From Vicinamibacterales bacterium (lineage in GTDB: Bacteria; Acidobacteriota; Vicinamibacteria; Vicinamibacterales; CAVVIG01), in the NCBI GenBank assembly GCA_050183995.1, contig JBFXAT010000003.1, positions 48,616 through 112,615 of the forward strand: DNA of 64,000 nt, read 5' to 3'. Below are positions 9,566 through 17,024 of this stretch, in pieces. The position numbers were made by a program, and so were the translations under genes. The notes beneath the pieces were generated by a model. It searched no databases. It saw only the letters and a list, made by a program, of their open reading frames with translations, and was not told where the DNA came from. Within the stretch, counting starts at the first letter, position 1. Every line of letters starts with the position of its first letter.

Positions 9566-10152
9566 TGATGCAGATACCGTACGCGGCCGAAGAGCGGCCC
9601 GACACCGGCCTGTACAACGCCAAGCTCGGCATGTGGCTCTTCATCGCTTCCGAAGCGATGCTGTTCGCGGGGCTGATCTCGGGGTATATCCTGCTGCGCA
9701 GCGGGGCCGACCAATGGCCCGCCCATCAACTCGCGCTCCTGCTGCCCGCTCTCAACACCGCCATCCTCATCACCTCGTCGATGACGATGGTGACCGCGTG
9801 GGCCTCGCTGCGCGAGGGCGACTGGGACCGGCACCGACGGTCCCTCGCGACCACGGCCGCGCTCGGCACGACCTTCCTGGTCATCAAGCTGATCGAATAC
9901 GCACGGCACATCCGCAGCGGAGAGGGGCCGGCGCACGACACGTTTTTTGGCCTGTACTACGCATTGACCGGTCTGCACGCGCTCCACATTGCCGGCGGGC
10001 TGGTCGCCATGGTGTATTTCCTCGGGCCGGGCCGGCAGCTGTGGCAGCAGAGCCCGGCTCAGTTCACGAACCGGATCGAGGCGACCGGGCTCTACTGGCA
10101 TTTCGTCGACTTCGTCTGGCTGTTCCTGTTTGCGCTGCTCTATCTGATCTAG
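9565..10152 (+). CDS. ctaE: Cytochrome c oxidase subunit III
   Basis: C-terminal part of ORF 7666..10152: MMQIPYAAEERPDTGLYNAKLGMWLFIASEAMLFAGL...GLYWHFVDFVWLFLFALLYL. The ATG shares 1 nt with the ctaD TGA (TGATGATG). Confidence 0.9.
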   Translation: MMQIPYAAEERPDTGLYNAKLGMWLFIASEAMLFAGLISGYILLRSGADQWPAHQLALLLPALNTAILITSSMTMVTAWASLREGDWDRHRRSLATTAALGTTFLVIKLIEYARHIRSGEGPAHDTFFGLYYALTGLHALHIAGGLVAMVYFLGPGRQLWQQSPAQFTNRIEATGLYWHFVDFVWLFLFALLYLI

Positions 10153-10185
10153 CCGGCTGCTGAAGAAGCCGGCAACCTGTAGCAC

Positions 10186-10479
10186 ATGGCAGTCGACACT
10201 CAACGCGTTCTTCGGCTGAGCAAGTTCGTCCTCGCTGCGCAGCTGGCACTCGTGGGCCTTGCGGCCATCGTGTCGCGCCTGGCGGCTGACTCGCGCGCCC
10301 GGCTCTGGCTGATTGTCGCCCTGACCGCCTGCAACGGTCTGATCGTCGCGACCGTATCGATGGGTGCGGCGCGGGAGCGGACGTTCGTGCAGCGCACGCT
10401 GGTGCTGGTGCTGGTCGTCGTCGCGGGCCTGCTGTTCTGGCCCGCGTGGGGAGAGTACGAATCGGTTCGAATGCCCTGA
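10186..10479 (+). CDS. Small membrane protein, probable prokaryotic cytochrome oxidase subunit IV family
   Basis: 97 aa with three hydrophobic helices, located directly after subunit III. LIVALTACNGLIVATVSMGAARE resembles the COX4_pro_2 core. The assignment rests on position and topology. Confidence 0.55.
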   Translation: MAVDTQRVLRLSKFVLAAQLALVGLAAIVSRLAADSRARLWLIVALTACNGLIVATVSMGAARERTFVQRTLVLVLVVVAGLLFWPAWGEYESVRMP

Positions 10480-10480
10480 C

Positions 10481-10687
10481 ATGTCGCTGAAGCACGTACA
10501 CGTCCTGTTCGTCGCGTCCGCCATTGCGCTCGCCGTGTTGTGCGGCGCGTTCGCGTCCGCGCGCCTGGCCGCCGCCCCGTCGCTGGCCGCTGCCGCCTCG
10601 CTCATCGTGTCCGCCTGCGGCGCGATCGTCCTGATCCGCTACGAGGCGCGATTCCTCCGCCGGTTTCGAGAGGGAGACGTCCATTGA
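10481..10687 (+). CDS. Hypothetical two-helix membrane protein inside the cox operon
   Basis: The ATG is 1 nt after the previous stop. MSLKHVHVLFVASAIALAVLCGAF...AAASLIVSACGAIVLIRY is 68 aa. No family was recognised. Confidence 0.45.
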   Translation: MSLKHVHVLFVASAIALAVLCGAFASARLAAAPSLAAAASLIVSACGAIVLIRYEARFLRRFREGDVH

Positions 10688-10713
10688 TTCACCGGATCCT
10701 GACACCCCGGAGG

Positions 10714-10944
10714 ATGCCGAGAACTGGCGCGACTGCGATTGCCGTCGCGGCGACCCTCCTGTTCGACACGCGCGACGCCGCGGCATGCGCCGTCTGCTTC
10801 GGACCTGGAGAGTCCGGCATGCTGCAGGGGACGGCTCTCGGGATGCTGGCGCTGCTGGCGGTCACCCTGACGGTGCTCGCCGCCTTCGCGGCGTTCTTCG
10901 TGCAGCTGGCCAGGCGCGCCGCTCAGGTCGAGGACGACGCGTGA
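10714..10944 (+). CDS. Hypothetical small membrane protein with a CAVCFG motif inside the cox operon
   Basis: CCGGAGG sits just upstream of ATG 10714. MPRTGATAIAVAATLLFDTRDAAACAVCFGPGESGMLQGTALGMLALLAVTLTVLAAFAAFFV. The stop TGA overlaps the coxII ATG by 1 nt. Confidence 0.5.
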   Translation: MPRTGATAIAVAATLLFDTRDAAACAVCFGPGESGMLQGTALGMLALLAVTLTVLAAFAAFFVQLARRAAQVEDDA

Positions 10945-11717
10945 TGGCGTTCGGACTTCCGGCGCAGGGCTCGGCGCATGCCCCTGGAATCGACTTCGTG
11001 CTCCAGACGGAGCACTGGGGCATCCTCTTTCTGTTCCTGTTGTTCTTCGGGTACTTCGTCGTCGCGCTCGTGCGCTTCCGCCAGGGGGCGAATGCCCGCG
11101 CCAGCTATGCGGGCATGGCCAGTCTCTGGTCGGTGTACATCGTCATCGCCATTGCTCTCGTCGAGTGTGTCCTGCTCGCCGCGTTCGAGATGCCGGTCTG
11201 GCGAGACCGCGTGGTCAACCTGCCCTCGCCCGACGAAGCGACGGTCGTGCGCGTCGTCGCCGAGCAGTTTGCGTGGAACGTCCACTATCCAGGGCCGGAC
11301 GGGCGATTCGGACGCACCGCGCTCGATCTCATCTCACCCGACAACCCGCTCGGGCTCGACCGCGGAGACGATGCCGCGCGCGACGACGTCACGGCGATCA
11401 ACGAGCTCGTCGTGCCGGTCGACCGTCCCGTGTTGATCCGGCTCACCAGCAAGGACGTGGTGCACAGCTTCGGCCTCTACGAGATGCGCGTGAAGCAGGA
11501 CGCGATTCCCGGAGCGGATGTTCCGGTCTGGTTCGTGCCGACGGTCACGACGGCCGAGATGCGCACGAAGCTGGGCCGTGACGACTTCGACTACGAGATC
11601 TCGTGCTCGCAGTTGTGCGGTCTGGCGCACTACCGCATGCGCGGCCTGTTGCGGGTTACCACGGACGCGGAGTTCCGCGCCTATCTCGCGGAAGAAGCGC
11701 GCGTCGCGTCGCGCTGA
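10944..11717 (+). CDS. ctaC: Cytochrome c oxidase subunit II (CuA cupredoxin, no fused cytochrome c domain)
   Basis: Two N-terminal transmembrane helices, then DVVHSFGLYEMRVKQDAIPG and CSQLCGLAHYRM, the CuA pattern H...C-x-[E>Q]-x-C-x3-H-x2-M. Confidence 0.88.
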   Translation: MAFGLPAQGSAHAPGIDFVLQTEHWGILFLFLLFFGYFVVALVRFRQGANARASYAGMASLWSVYIVIAIALVECVLLAAFEMPVWRDRVVNLPSPDEATVVRVVAEQFAWNVHYPGPDGRFGRTALDLISPDNPLGLDRGDDAARDDVTAINELVVPVDRPVLIRLTSKDVVHSFGLYEMRVKQDAIPGADVPVWFVPTVTTAEMRTKLGRDDFDYEISCSQLCGLAHYRMRGLLRVTTDAEFRAYLAEEARVASR

Positions 11718-11722
11718 GGGAC

Positions 11723-11742
11723 GCGGCGCGCCGTGGCGCGCC
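11723..11742. terminator. GC-rich palindromic hairpin between the convergent ctaC and bcp genes
   Basis: CGGCGCGCC-gt-GGCGCGCCG, followed on the plus strand by TCCTGTTTCGG. A possible bidirectional terminator, but the U-tract is weak. Confidence 0.35.
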
Positions 11743-11771
11743 GGTCCTGTTTCGGTTCGGCTTCACGGGCA

Positions 11772-12242
11772 TCAGAGCGCTCTCGCGGCAGCCAGCACCT
11801 CCTCAGCGTGCCCGTCGACCTTGACCTTGTCCCAACGCCGCGCCACCTTGCCGTCCGGGCCGATCAGATAGGTCGTACGCGCGACGCCCATGTACGTGCG
11901 GCCGTACATCGAGCGTTCCTGCCAGACTCCGTACTTCTCGGCCACGGCATGGTCGGCGTCGGCCAGCAGCGGAAACGTCAGCGAGTGTTTGGCCGCGAAC
12001 TTCGCCTTGCTCTTCTCGTCGAGGATGCTGACGCCGAACACGGCCGTGTCGCCAGCGGACGAAAACTTCGGCAGGTTGTCCCTGAACGCGCAGGCTTCGG
12101 CCGTGCATCCCGGCGTATCGTCCTTGGGGTAGAAGTACAGGACCACCGGCCTCCCGATGTAGTCGCTGAGACGATGCGTCTGTCCGCGCTGATCCGTCAG
12201 CGCGAAGGCAGGGGCTTTCTTTCCGGGCTCGATGAGAGGCAT
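11772..12242 (-). CDS. bcp: Thioredoxin-dependent peroxiredoxin Bcp
   Basis: MPLIEPGKKAPAFALTDQRGQTHRLSDYIGRPVVLYFYPKDDTPGCTAEACAFRD. The start is taken at the internal Met (12242), not the track start at 12359. Confidence 0.9.
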   Translation of the reverse strand: MPLIEPGKKAPAFALTDQRGQTHRLSDYIGRPVVLYFYPKDDTPGCTAEACAFRDNLPKFSSAGDTAVFGVSILDEKSKAKFAAKHSLTFPLLADADHAVAEKYGVWQERSMYGRTYMGVARTTYLIGPDGKVARRWDKVKVDGHAEEVLAAARAL

Positions 12243-13141
12243 GCGCTGCTCCTGAGGGCTTCCTTGATCGTGTTGACGTGAATGGTGACGATGGCGTCGA
12301 TGTCGGGTGCGTAGCCGCCGCTCATTGCCACCGCGACGGGGATGTGCCGGCGTCGACACTGGTCGAAGACGTAGCGGTCGCGCTCGCGCAGACCCTCCAC
12401 GGTAAGGGCAAGCTTGCCGAGCCGGTCGCCCTCGTACGGATCGGCGCCAGCGAGGTAGAAGGCGATGTCAGGCCTGGTCCGGTCCAGCACCGACGGCAGG
12501 TGCGCTTCGAGCGCCGTCAGGTAGGCCTCGTCGCCCGTGCCGTCGGGAAAGGTGATGTCGAGGTCGCCGATCTCCTTCCGAAAGGGAAAGTTGTTGGCGC
12601 CGTGGAGCGACATCGTGAAGACCGAGGGGTCGTCGCGAAAGATCGAGGCCGTGCCGTTGCCCTGGTGCACGTCGCAGTCGATGACCGCAGCGCTGGCCGC
12701 GTGCCGCTCGCGCATGAGCACGCGCGCCGCGACCGCGACGTCGTTGAAGACGCAGTAGCCTTCGCCGCGATCGCGAAACGCGTGGTGCGTGCCTCCGGCG
12801 AGGTTCACCGCGACTGCGCGATCGGCGAGGGCCGCGCGGGCGGCCGCGATCGTGGCACCCACGCTCCGGCGCGATCGCTCGACCATCTCCGGCGACCAGG
12901 GAAAGCCGATCCGCCGCTGGGCGTCCGCCGGAAGCGCGCCCGAGGCGACGGCGTCGAGATACGACGCATCGTGCGCGAGGGCGAGCTCGTCCCAGGAGGC
13001 GGCCGGTGGCACCAGGAGATCAGGCGGCGCGAGGATCCGTTCGGCGACGAGCCGTTCGCGCAGGCGGCTGTACTTCGCCATCGGAAAGCGGTGCCCCTCG
13101 GGAAGGGGAAGCACGAAGGTGTCGGAGTAGAACGCTTTCAC
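12197..13141 (-). CDS. Histone deacetylase-family (class II / AcuC-like) deacetylase
   Basis: Shows GGTHHAFRDRGEGYCVFNDVAVAA...IDCDVHQGNGT...YLAGADPYEGDRLG. The 3' end overlaps the bcp start by 46 nt. Confidence 0.88.
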   Translation of the reverse strand: MKAFYSDTFVLPLPEGHRFPMAKYSRLRERLVAERILAPPDLLVPPAASWDELALAHDASYLDAVASGALPADAQRRIGFPWSPEMVERSRRSVGATIAAARAALADRAVAVNLAGGTHHAFRDRGEGYCVFNDVAVAARVLMRERHAASAAVIDCDVHQGNGTASIFRDDPSVFTMSLHGANNFPFRKEIGDLDITFPDGTGDEAYLTALEAHLPSVLDRTRPDIAFYLAGADPYEGDRLGKLALTVEGLRERDRYVFDQCRRRHIPVAVAMSGGYAPDIDAIVTIHVNTIKEALRSSACLSSSPERKPLPSR

Positions 13142-13188
13142 GCGAATCCGGGCGTCGACGAACCAGCGACGATACAGTGTCTATTGTA

Positions 13189-14217
13189 GTGACCAGATTC
13201 GAGACGATCGACGCGCACGTCGCCGGCGCTCCGGTGCGTCTGGTGACGAGCGGCTTCCCGGCGCCTCGCGGCAGAACGATGCTCGACAAGCAGGCGTGGG
13301 CCGAGCGTCACGCCGACGCGATCCGGCGCACCCTGATGCTCGAGCCGCGCGGACACGCCGACATGTGCGGTGCCGTGCTCACCGAGCCGACAGAGCCTGG
13401 ATCGCACGCCGGGATCCTCTTCATGCACGCAGGCGGCTTCGCCACGATGTGCGGCCACGCGATCGCCGCCGTCGCCGTCATCGCCCGCGCGCGCGGTCTT
13501 CTGACCACGCGCGAAGAGCAGGGGAGGTTCGTGTTCGACACGCCCGCGGGGACCGTGCGGGCACTGGCGGCGTCGGCAGGCTCCGGCGCCTGTGAACACC
13601 CGGCCGAGCGGATCAAGGTCAGCCACGTTCCATCCTTCGTGCTGCGTGCCGGCGTCGATCTCGATGCCGGCGGCCGCCGCCTGCGCGCCGATGTGGCGTA
13701 TGCGGGAGGGTTCTACGCCATCGTCGACGCGGAGAGCGCCGGCGTGCCCATCGATGGTGCGCACGTGGACGGACTGCGCCGCGTCGCTCGCGACATTCGC
13801 GTGGCGCTCGCGCGGGGACCGGGCATGGCCCACCCGATCGAGCCCCGGATCGCCGGGCTGCACGGCACGATCTTCACGGCGCCGCCGCAGTCGAGCGGCG
13901 CCGATCTCCGGACCGCTGCCGTGTTCGGCGACGATGCCGTGGACCGGTCGCCCGGAGGCGACGCCGTCGCGGCGGTGCTCGCCGTGCTCGATGCCATGGG
14001 CTTCGTGGAGACCGGGCAGCCGCTGACCTTCGAGGGTCTCGCCGGACAGCGGCTGACGGTGCGGCTCGGCGCGCGCGTGTCGGTGGGCGGCTACGAGGCC
14101 GTGGTGCCGGAGATCGAGGCGGAGGCGTGGATCACGGGGGAGCACACGTTCGTGGTGCACGACGGCGACCCGTTGGCGCTGGGGTTCACGCTGGGGCGAC
14201 GAGAAACTCGCGCGTGA
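13189..14217 (+). CDS. Proline racemase / 4-hydroxyproline epimerase superfamily protein (atypical catalytic pair)
   Basis: Shows IDAHVAGAPVRLVTSGFP...LEPRGHADMCGAVL...GGFATMCGHA...DRSPGGDAVAA. GTG 13189 is chosen as the start; the upstream part of the track ORF overlaps the divergent HDAC gene. Confidence 0.8.
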   Translation: MTRFETIDAHVAGAPVRLVTSGFPAPRGRTMLDKQAWAERHADAIRRTLMLEPRGHADMCGAVLTEPTEPGSHAGILFMHAGGFATMCGHAIAAVAVIARARGLLTTREEQGRFVFDTPAGTVRALAASAGSGACEHPAERIKVSHVPSFVLRAGVDLDAGGRRLRADVAYAGGFYAIVDAESAGVPIDGAHVDGLRRVARDIRVALARGPGMAHPIEPRIAGLHGTIFTAPPQSSGADLRTAAVFGDDAVDRSPGGDAVAAVLAVLDAMGFVETGQPLTFEGLAGQRLTVRLGARVSVGGYEAVVPEIEAEAWITGEHTFVVHDGDPLALGFTLGRRETRA

Positions 14218-14524
14218 GGCGGGCCAGCAGATCGGTGAGCGCTTCGCCGTTCAGCGCGAACGTCTGACCGTCGGCGTCCCAGGCCAGCTTGTAGCTGCGA
14301 GCCATCGCCGACACCCAGACCTGCCTGACCGGCGCGTTGGGTGACACGACGAACTTCGCGTCGCGAGGCTCTTCGAACACGAGGTTCAGCACCCCGTTCT
14401 GCAGCTCGACCTCGAATCCCTCTTCGTCCGCCAGCGGGAGCAGCTCCCGTCTGGCGCCTTCGAGGGCTTCGTCGCTCTTCACACGGAATTCCTGTTCGGA
14501 CAACGTCGTCATCTGCGCGGACAC
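14186..14524 (-). CDS. cyaY: Frataxin-like iron donor CyaY
   Basis: Shows EFRVKSDEALEGARRELLPLADEEGFEVELQNGVLNLVFEE...KFVVSPNAPVRQVWVSA...SYKLAW. Confidence 0.85.
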   Translation of the reverse strand: MSAQMTTLSEQEFRVKSDEALEGARRELLPLADEEGFEVELQNGVLNLVFEEPRDAKFVVSPNAPVRQVWVSAMARSYKLAWDADGQTFALNGEALTDLLARLTREFLVAPA

Positions 14525-14581
14525 CTTTCGATGGGACCGACGGGGGATTTGGCTCGAGTCCGTGCGGTGCGGGCTCGAGCG

Positions 14582-15514
14582 TCAGTGGCCTGACGATGTC
14601 GCCGACGCGCTGGCGACGTAGGTGCGTCGAGCGCGGGCGGTCATGCCGGGCTGTTTCAGTTTCACGGTGAGCCGATGGACCTTGCCGTCCAGCTGCTGCG
14701 GCTCGAAGCCCAGCACGTATTGGCTGTGCAGCTCCTGTGCGACGCGCGAGAACGTCGGGCCGAGATCCGCTGTCTTCTTGAGCTCGAAATAGCCGCCGCC
14801 GGTCTCGTCCGCGAGCCGCTTCAGGCTCGAGTCGGGACGGGTTCGGACCACCCGCGCACCATCGAAGAACTCGCTCTCGAGTCCGATCGCGTAGACCATC
14901 ACCTCCTCGAGGCGCGCGCGATCGAGGATCTTGCCTCGGCTGACGCGGCTTGCGGTATCGTCGCCGTCGGTGAACACGAGGACCACGCGGCGGCCCGGGA
15001 TGCCGTGGAGCTGGTCCAGCGCTTCGGCGACTCCGTCGTAGAGGCGCGTGCCGTTGCCGTAATCGAGATCGCGGAGATCGGTGATGAGCGCGTCGCGATC
15101 GTTGGTGAACTGCGCCGACAGCTCGATCTTGTCGTTGAATGCTCCGACCGATGCCTTGTCGTCGGGCAGCAGCCGGATGATGAACTGCTCTGCGGCCGCC
15201 TTCAGCAGCGCGATCGATGCCGTCATGCTGGCGCTCGTGTCGAGCATGATGACGACCGTGATCGGCTGATGTTCGCTCTCGAACACGACGAGCTCCTGCG
15301 GCTTGTCGTTGTCGAACACCTGGAAGTCCTCGCGCGCGAGGTCCGGGACCAGGCGATTCTGCGCGTCGGTCACCGTCGCGAAGAGCGACACGATCTGGGT
15401 GGCCGATCGGAATGTCGGCTGCTGCGCGGCGAGCGCCACGCTGCCAATGGCGGCGCCGGCGAGCGCCGAGGCGAACGCGACGCGAGCGGCGAATGAGCAG
15501 AAACAGCGAGGCAT
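14582..15514 (-). CDS. Secreted VWA domain-containing protein
   Basis: Signal peptide, then QQPTFRSATQIVSLFATVTDAQNRLV...VVIMLDTSASM (MIDAS DxSxS) ...LVFTDGDDTAS. Confidence 0.85.
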   Translation of the reverse strand: MPRCFCSFAARVAFASALAGAAIGSVALAAQQPTFRSATQIVSLFATVTDAQNRLVPDLAREDFQVFDNDKPQELVVFESEHQPITVVIMLDTSASMTASIALLKAAAEQFIIRLLPDDKASVGAFNDKIELSAQFTNDRDALITDLRDLDYGNGTRLYDGVAEALDQLHGIPGRRVVLVFTDGDDTASRVSRGKILDRARLEEVMVYAIGLESEFFDGARVVRTRPDSSLKRLADETGGGYFELKKTADLGPTFSRVAQELHSQYVLGFEPQQLDGKVHRLTVKLKQPGMTARARRTYVASASATSSGH

Positions 15515-15628
15515 ACGAAAAGCTTACCGGAACTCATTCCCGACTTGACCGGTCGTATTTGGCGCAGTAGACTGGCCAAACATTTTGAGACTGAATCTCG
15601 TTTTCGCTCCCAGGGGATTCTGACGGAT

Positions 15629-16435
15629 ATGGTCCAGGCATTTGTCATCACGCTGCGCGAAGGTCTCGAAGCGTTCCTGATCGTCGCCATCAGCCTTGCG
15701 TATCTCCGCAAGACTGGACGCACCAGCCTCGTCCCGGCCGTGCATTGGGGCATCGCGCTCGCGCTCGCCGTCAGTGTCGGCGCGGGATACGTGCTCTTCA
15801 ATGCCGCCAATCAGGAGTGGCTCGAAGGGCCCCTGGCGCTCGCGGCGGCCGCGTCGGTCACCTGGATGATCGTCCACATGTGGCGGGCCGGGAAACACAT
15901 GAAGGGCGACATCGAAGTCCGCCTGCAGTCATCGAGCGTTCGCGGCGGGACGGCGGCGTTTCTCGGCGTGATGCTCTTCACGATCCTGATGATCAGCCGC
16001 GAGGGCATGGAAACCGCGCTGCTCCTGATGCAGCTGCGCGAGACCCTGCACCTCTTCTCAGGCGCGGCCGCCGGCTTTGCCGGAGCCGCGGTCTTCGCGT
16101 GGCTGTGGTCGAAATTCGGCTACCGCATCAACCTGAGCCTCTTCTTCCAGGTGACGGCGATCTTCCTGTTCGTCTTCGTCGTGCAGCTGGTCATCTACGG
16201 CGTTCACGAGATGTCCGAGCAGAACATGCTGCCTTACAGCGAGGGCATTCACACAGCCACCGAGTCGTGGGGACCGGACAGCGCCTTCGGCCACCTGCTG
16301 ACCTATCTGCTCGTGCTGCTGCCGCTCGGCTGGCTGACGCTGAAATCCGCCTTCTTCACACGCTCGATCACCGCGGCCCGCGTCGCCGAGCCGGTTGCGA
16401 AGCCGGGTCTCCCGCACGGTTCGCCCGCGCGCTGA
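15629..16435 (+). CDS. FTR1-family high-affinity iron permease
   Basis: MVQAFVITLREGLEAFLIVAISL plus a second SREGMETALLL, giving two REGxE motifs. The start is at the internal ATG 15629. Confidence 0.88.
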   Translation: MVQAFVITLREGLEAFLIVAISLAYLRKTGRTSLVPAVHWGIALALAVSVGAGYVLFNAANQEWLEGPLALAAAASVTWMIVHMWRAGKHMKGDIEVRLQSSSVRGGTAAFLGVMLFTILMISREGMETALLLMQLRETLHLFSGAAAGFAGAAVFAWLWSKFGYRINLSLFFQVTAIFLFVFVVQLVIYGVHEMSEQNMLPYSEGIHTATESWGPDSAFGHLLTYLLVLLPLGWLTLKSAFFTRSITAARVAEPVAKPGLPHGSPAR

Positions 16436-16510
16436 CGTCCTCGGCACGTCGGACGGCCGGATTATCCTGCCGCCCTGTCGGCGAGATCGTCTGCCCTGTA
16501 GAATCGATTC

Positions 16511-16921
16511 GTGCCAGGCAAACCGCCGGCTGTCGTCGATCTCGTCTGGACCGGCCGGCTCGAATTCGCCGCCAATCTCTCGAAGACCGCCATCGTGGTC
16601 GACAGCGCGGGCGCGGCAGGACCCTCGCCTGTCGAGCTGCTGGCGACGGGATTGGCCGGTTGCATGGCGGTCGACCTCGCCCACATCCTCACCAGGGGGA
16701 GGCACCCGTTCCGCTCGCTGGCGGCACGCCTGGTCGCCCAGCGGGCGCCCGAGACCCCTCACCGCGTGACCAGTGTGACGCTGCACTTCACGCTGACCGG
16801 TCCGGTCCCGCACGAAGCCGTGGCGCGCGCGATTGCGTTGTCGCGCGAGAAATACTGCTCGGTCTGGCACTCGATGCGGCAGGATATCGATCTGCAGGCC
16901 ACCTTCGACGTGTCGGCGTGA
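16511..16921 (+). CDS. OsmC/Ohr family peroxiredoxin-like protein
   Basis: Shows PSPVELLATGLAGCMAVDLAHIL...REKYCSVWHSM, the two conserved Cys of the OsmC fold. GTG start. Confidence 0.85.
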   Translation: MPGKPPAVVDLVWTGRLEFAANLSKTAIVVDSAGAAGPSPVELLATGLAGCMAVDLAHILTRGRHPFRSLAARLVAQRAPETPHRVTSVTLHFTLTGPVPHEAVARAIALSREKYCSVWHSMRQDIDLQATFDVSA

Positions 16922-16945
16922 GCGCTCATCTCCGTCCGAAAACCG

Positions 16946-16975
16946 TTGAGATGGCCCTGCCGCGCTCGATAGAAT
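16946..16975 (+). promoter_or_regulatory. Candidate strong sigma-70 promoter upstream of the DGQHR gene
   Basis: TTGAGA-N18-TAGAAT, 50 nt upstream of the ATG at 17025. Confidence 0.5.
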
Positions 16976-17024
16976 CCAACACTTCCTGGCCAGCGCTCGG
17001 GCATGACGCGACGACGGGACGCCT

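Noticed and set aside
12197-12242. The 46-nt same-strand overlap of the HDAC-like gene and bcp as evidence of a frameshift or fusion.
   Set aside because: Both proteins are full-length relative to their families. The overlap is explained by a late stop in the HDAC frame. The bcp start (MPLIEPGKKAP) is the family-typical N-terminus.
15515-15628. A Fur box in the VWA/FTR1 divergent region (TTTTGAGACTGAATCTCGTTTT).
   Set aside because: Only a 4-bp GAGA/TCTC inverted core is present. The match to the GATAATGATAATCATTATC consensus is poor.
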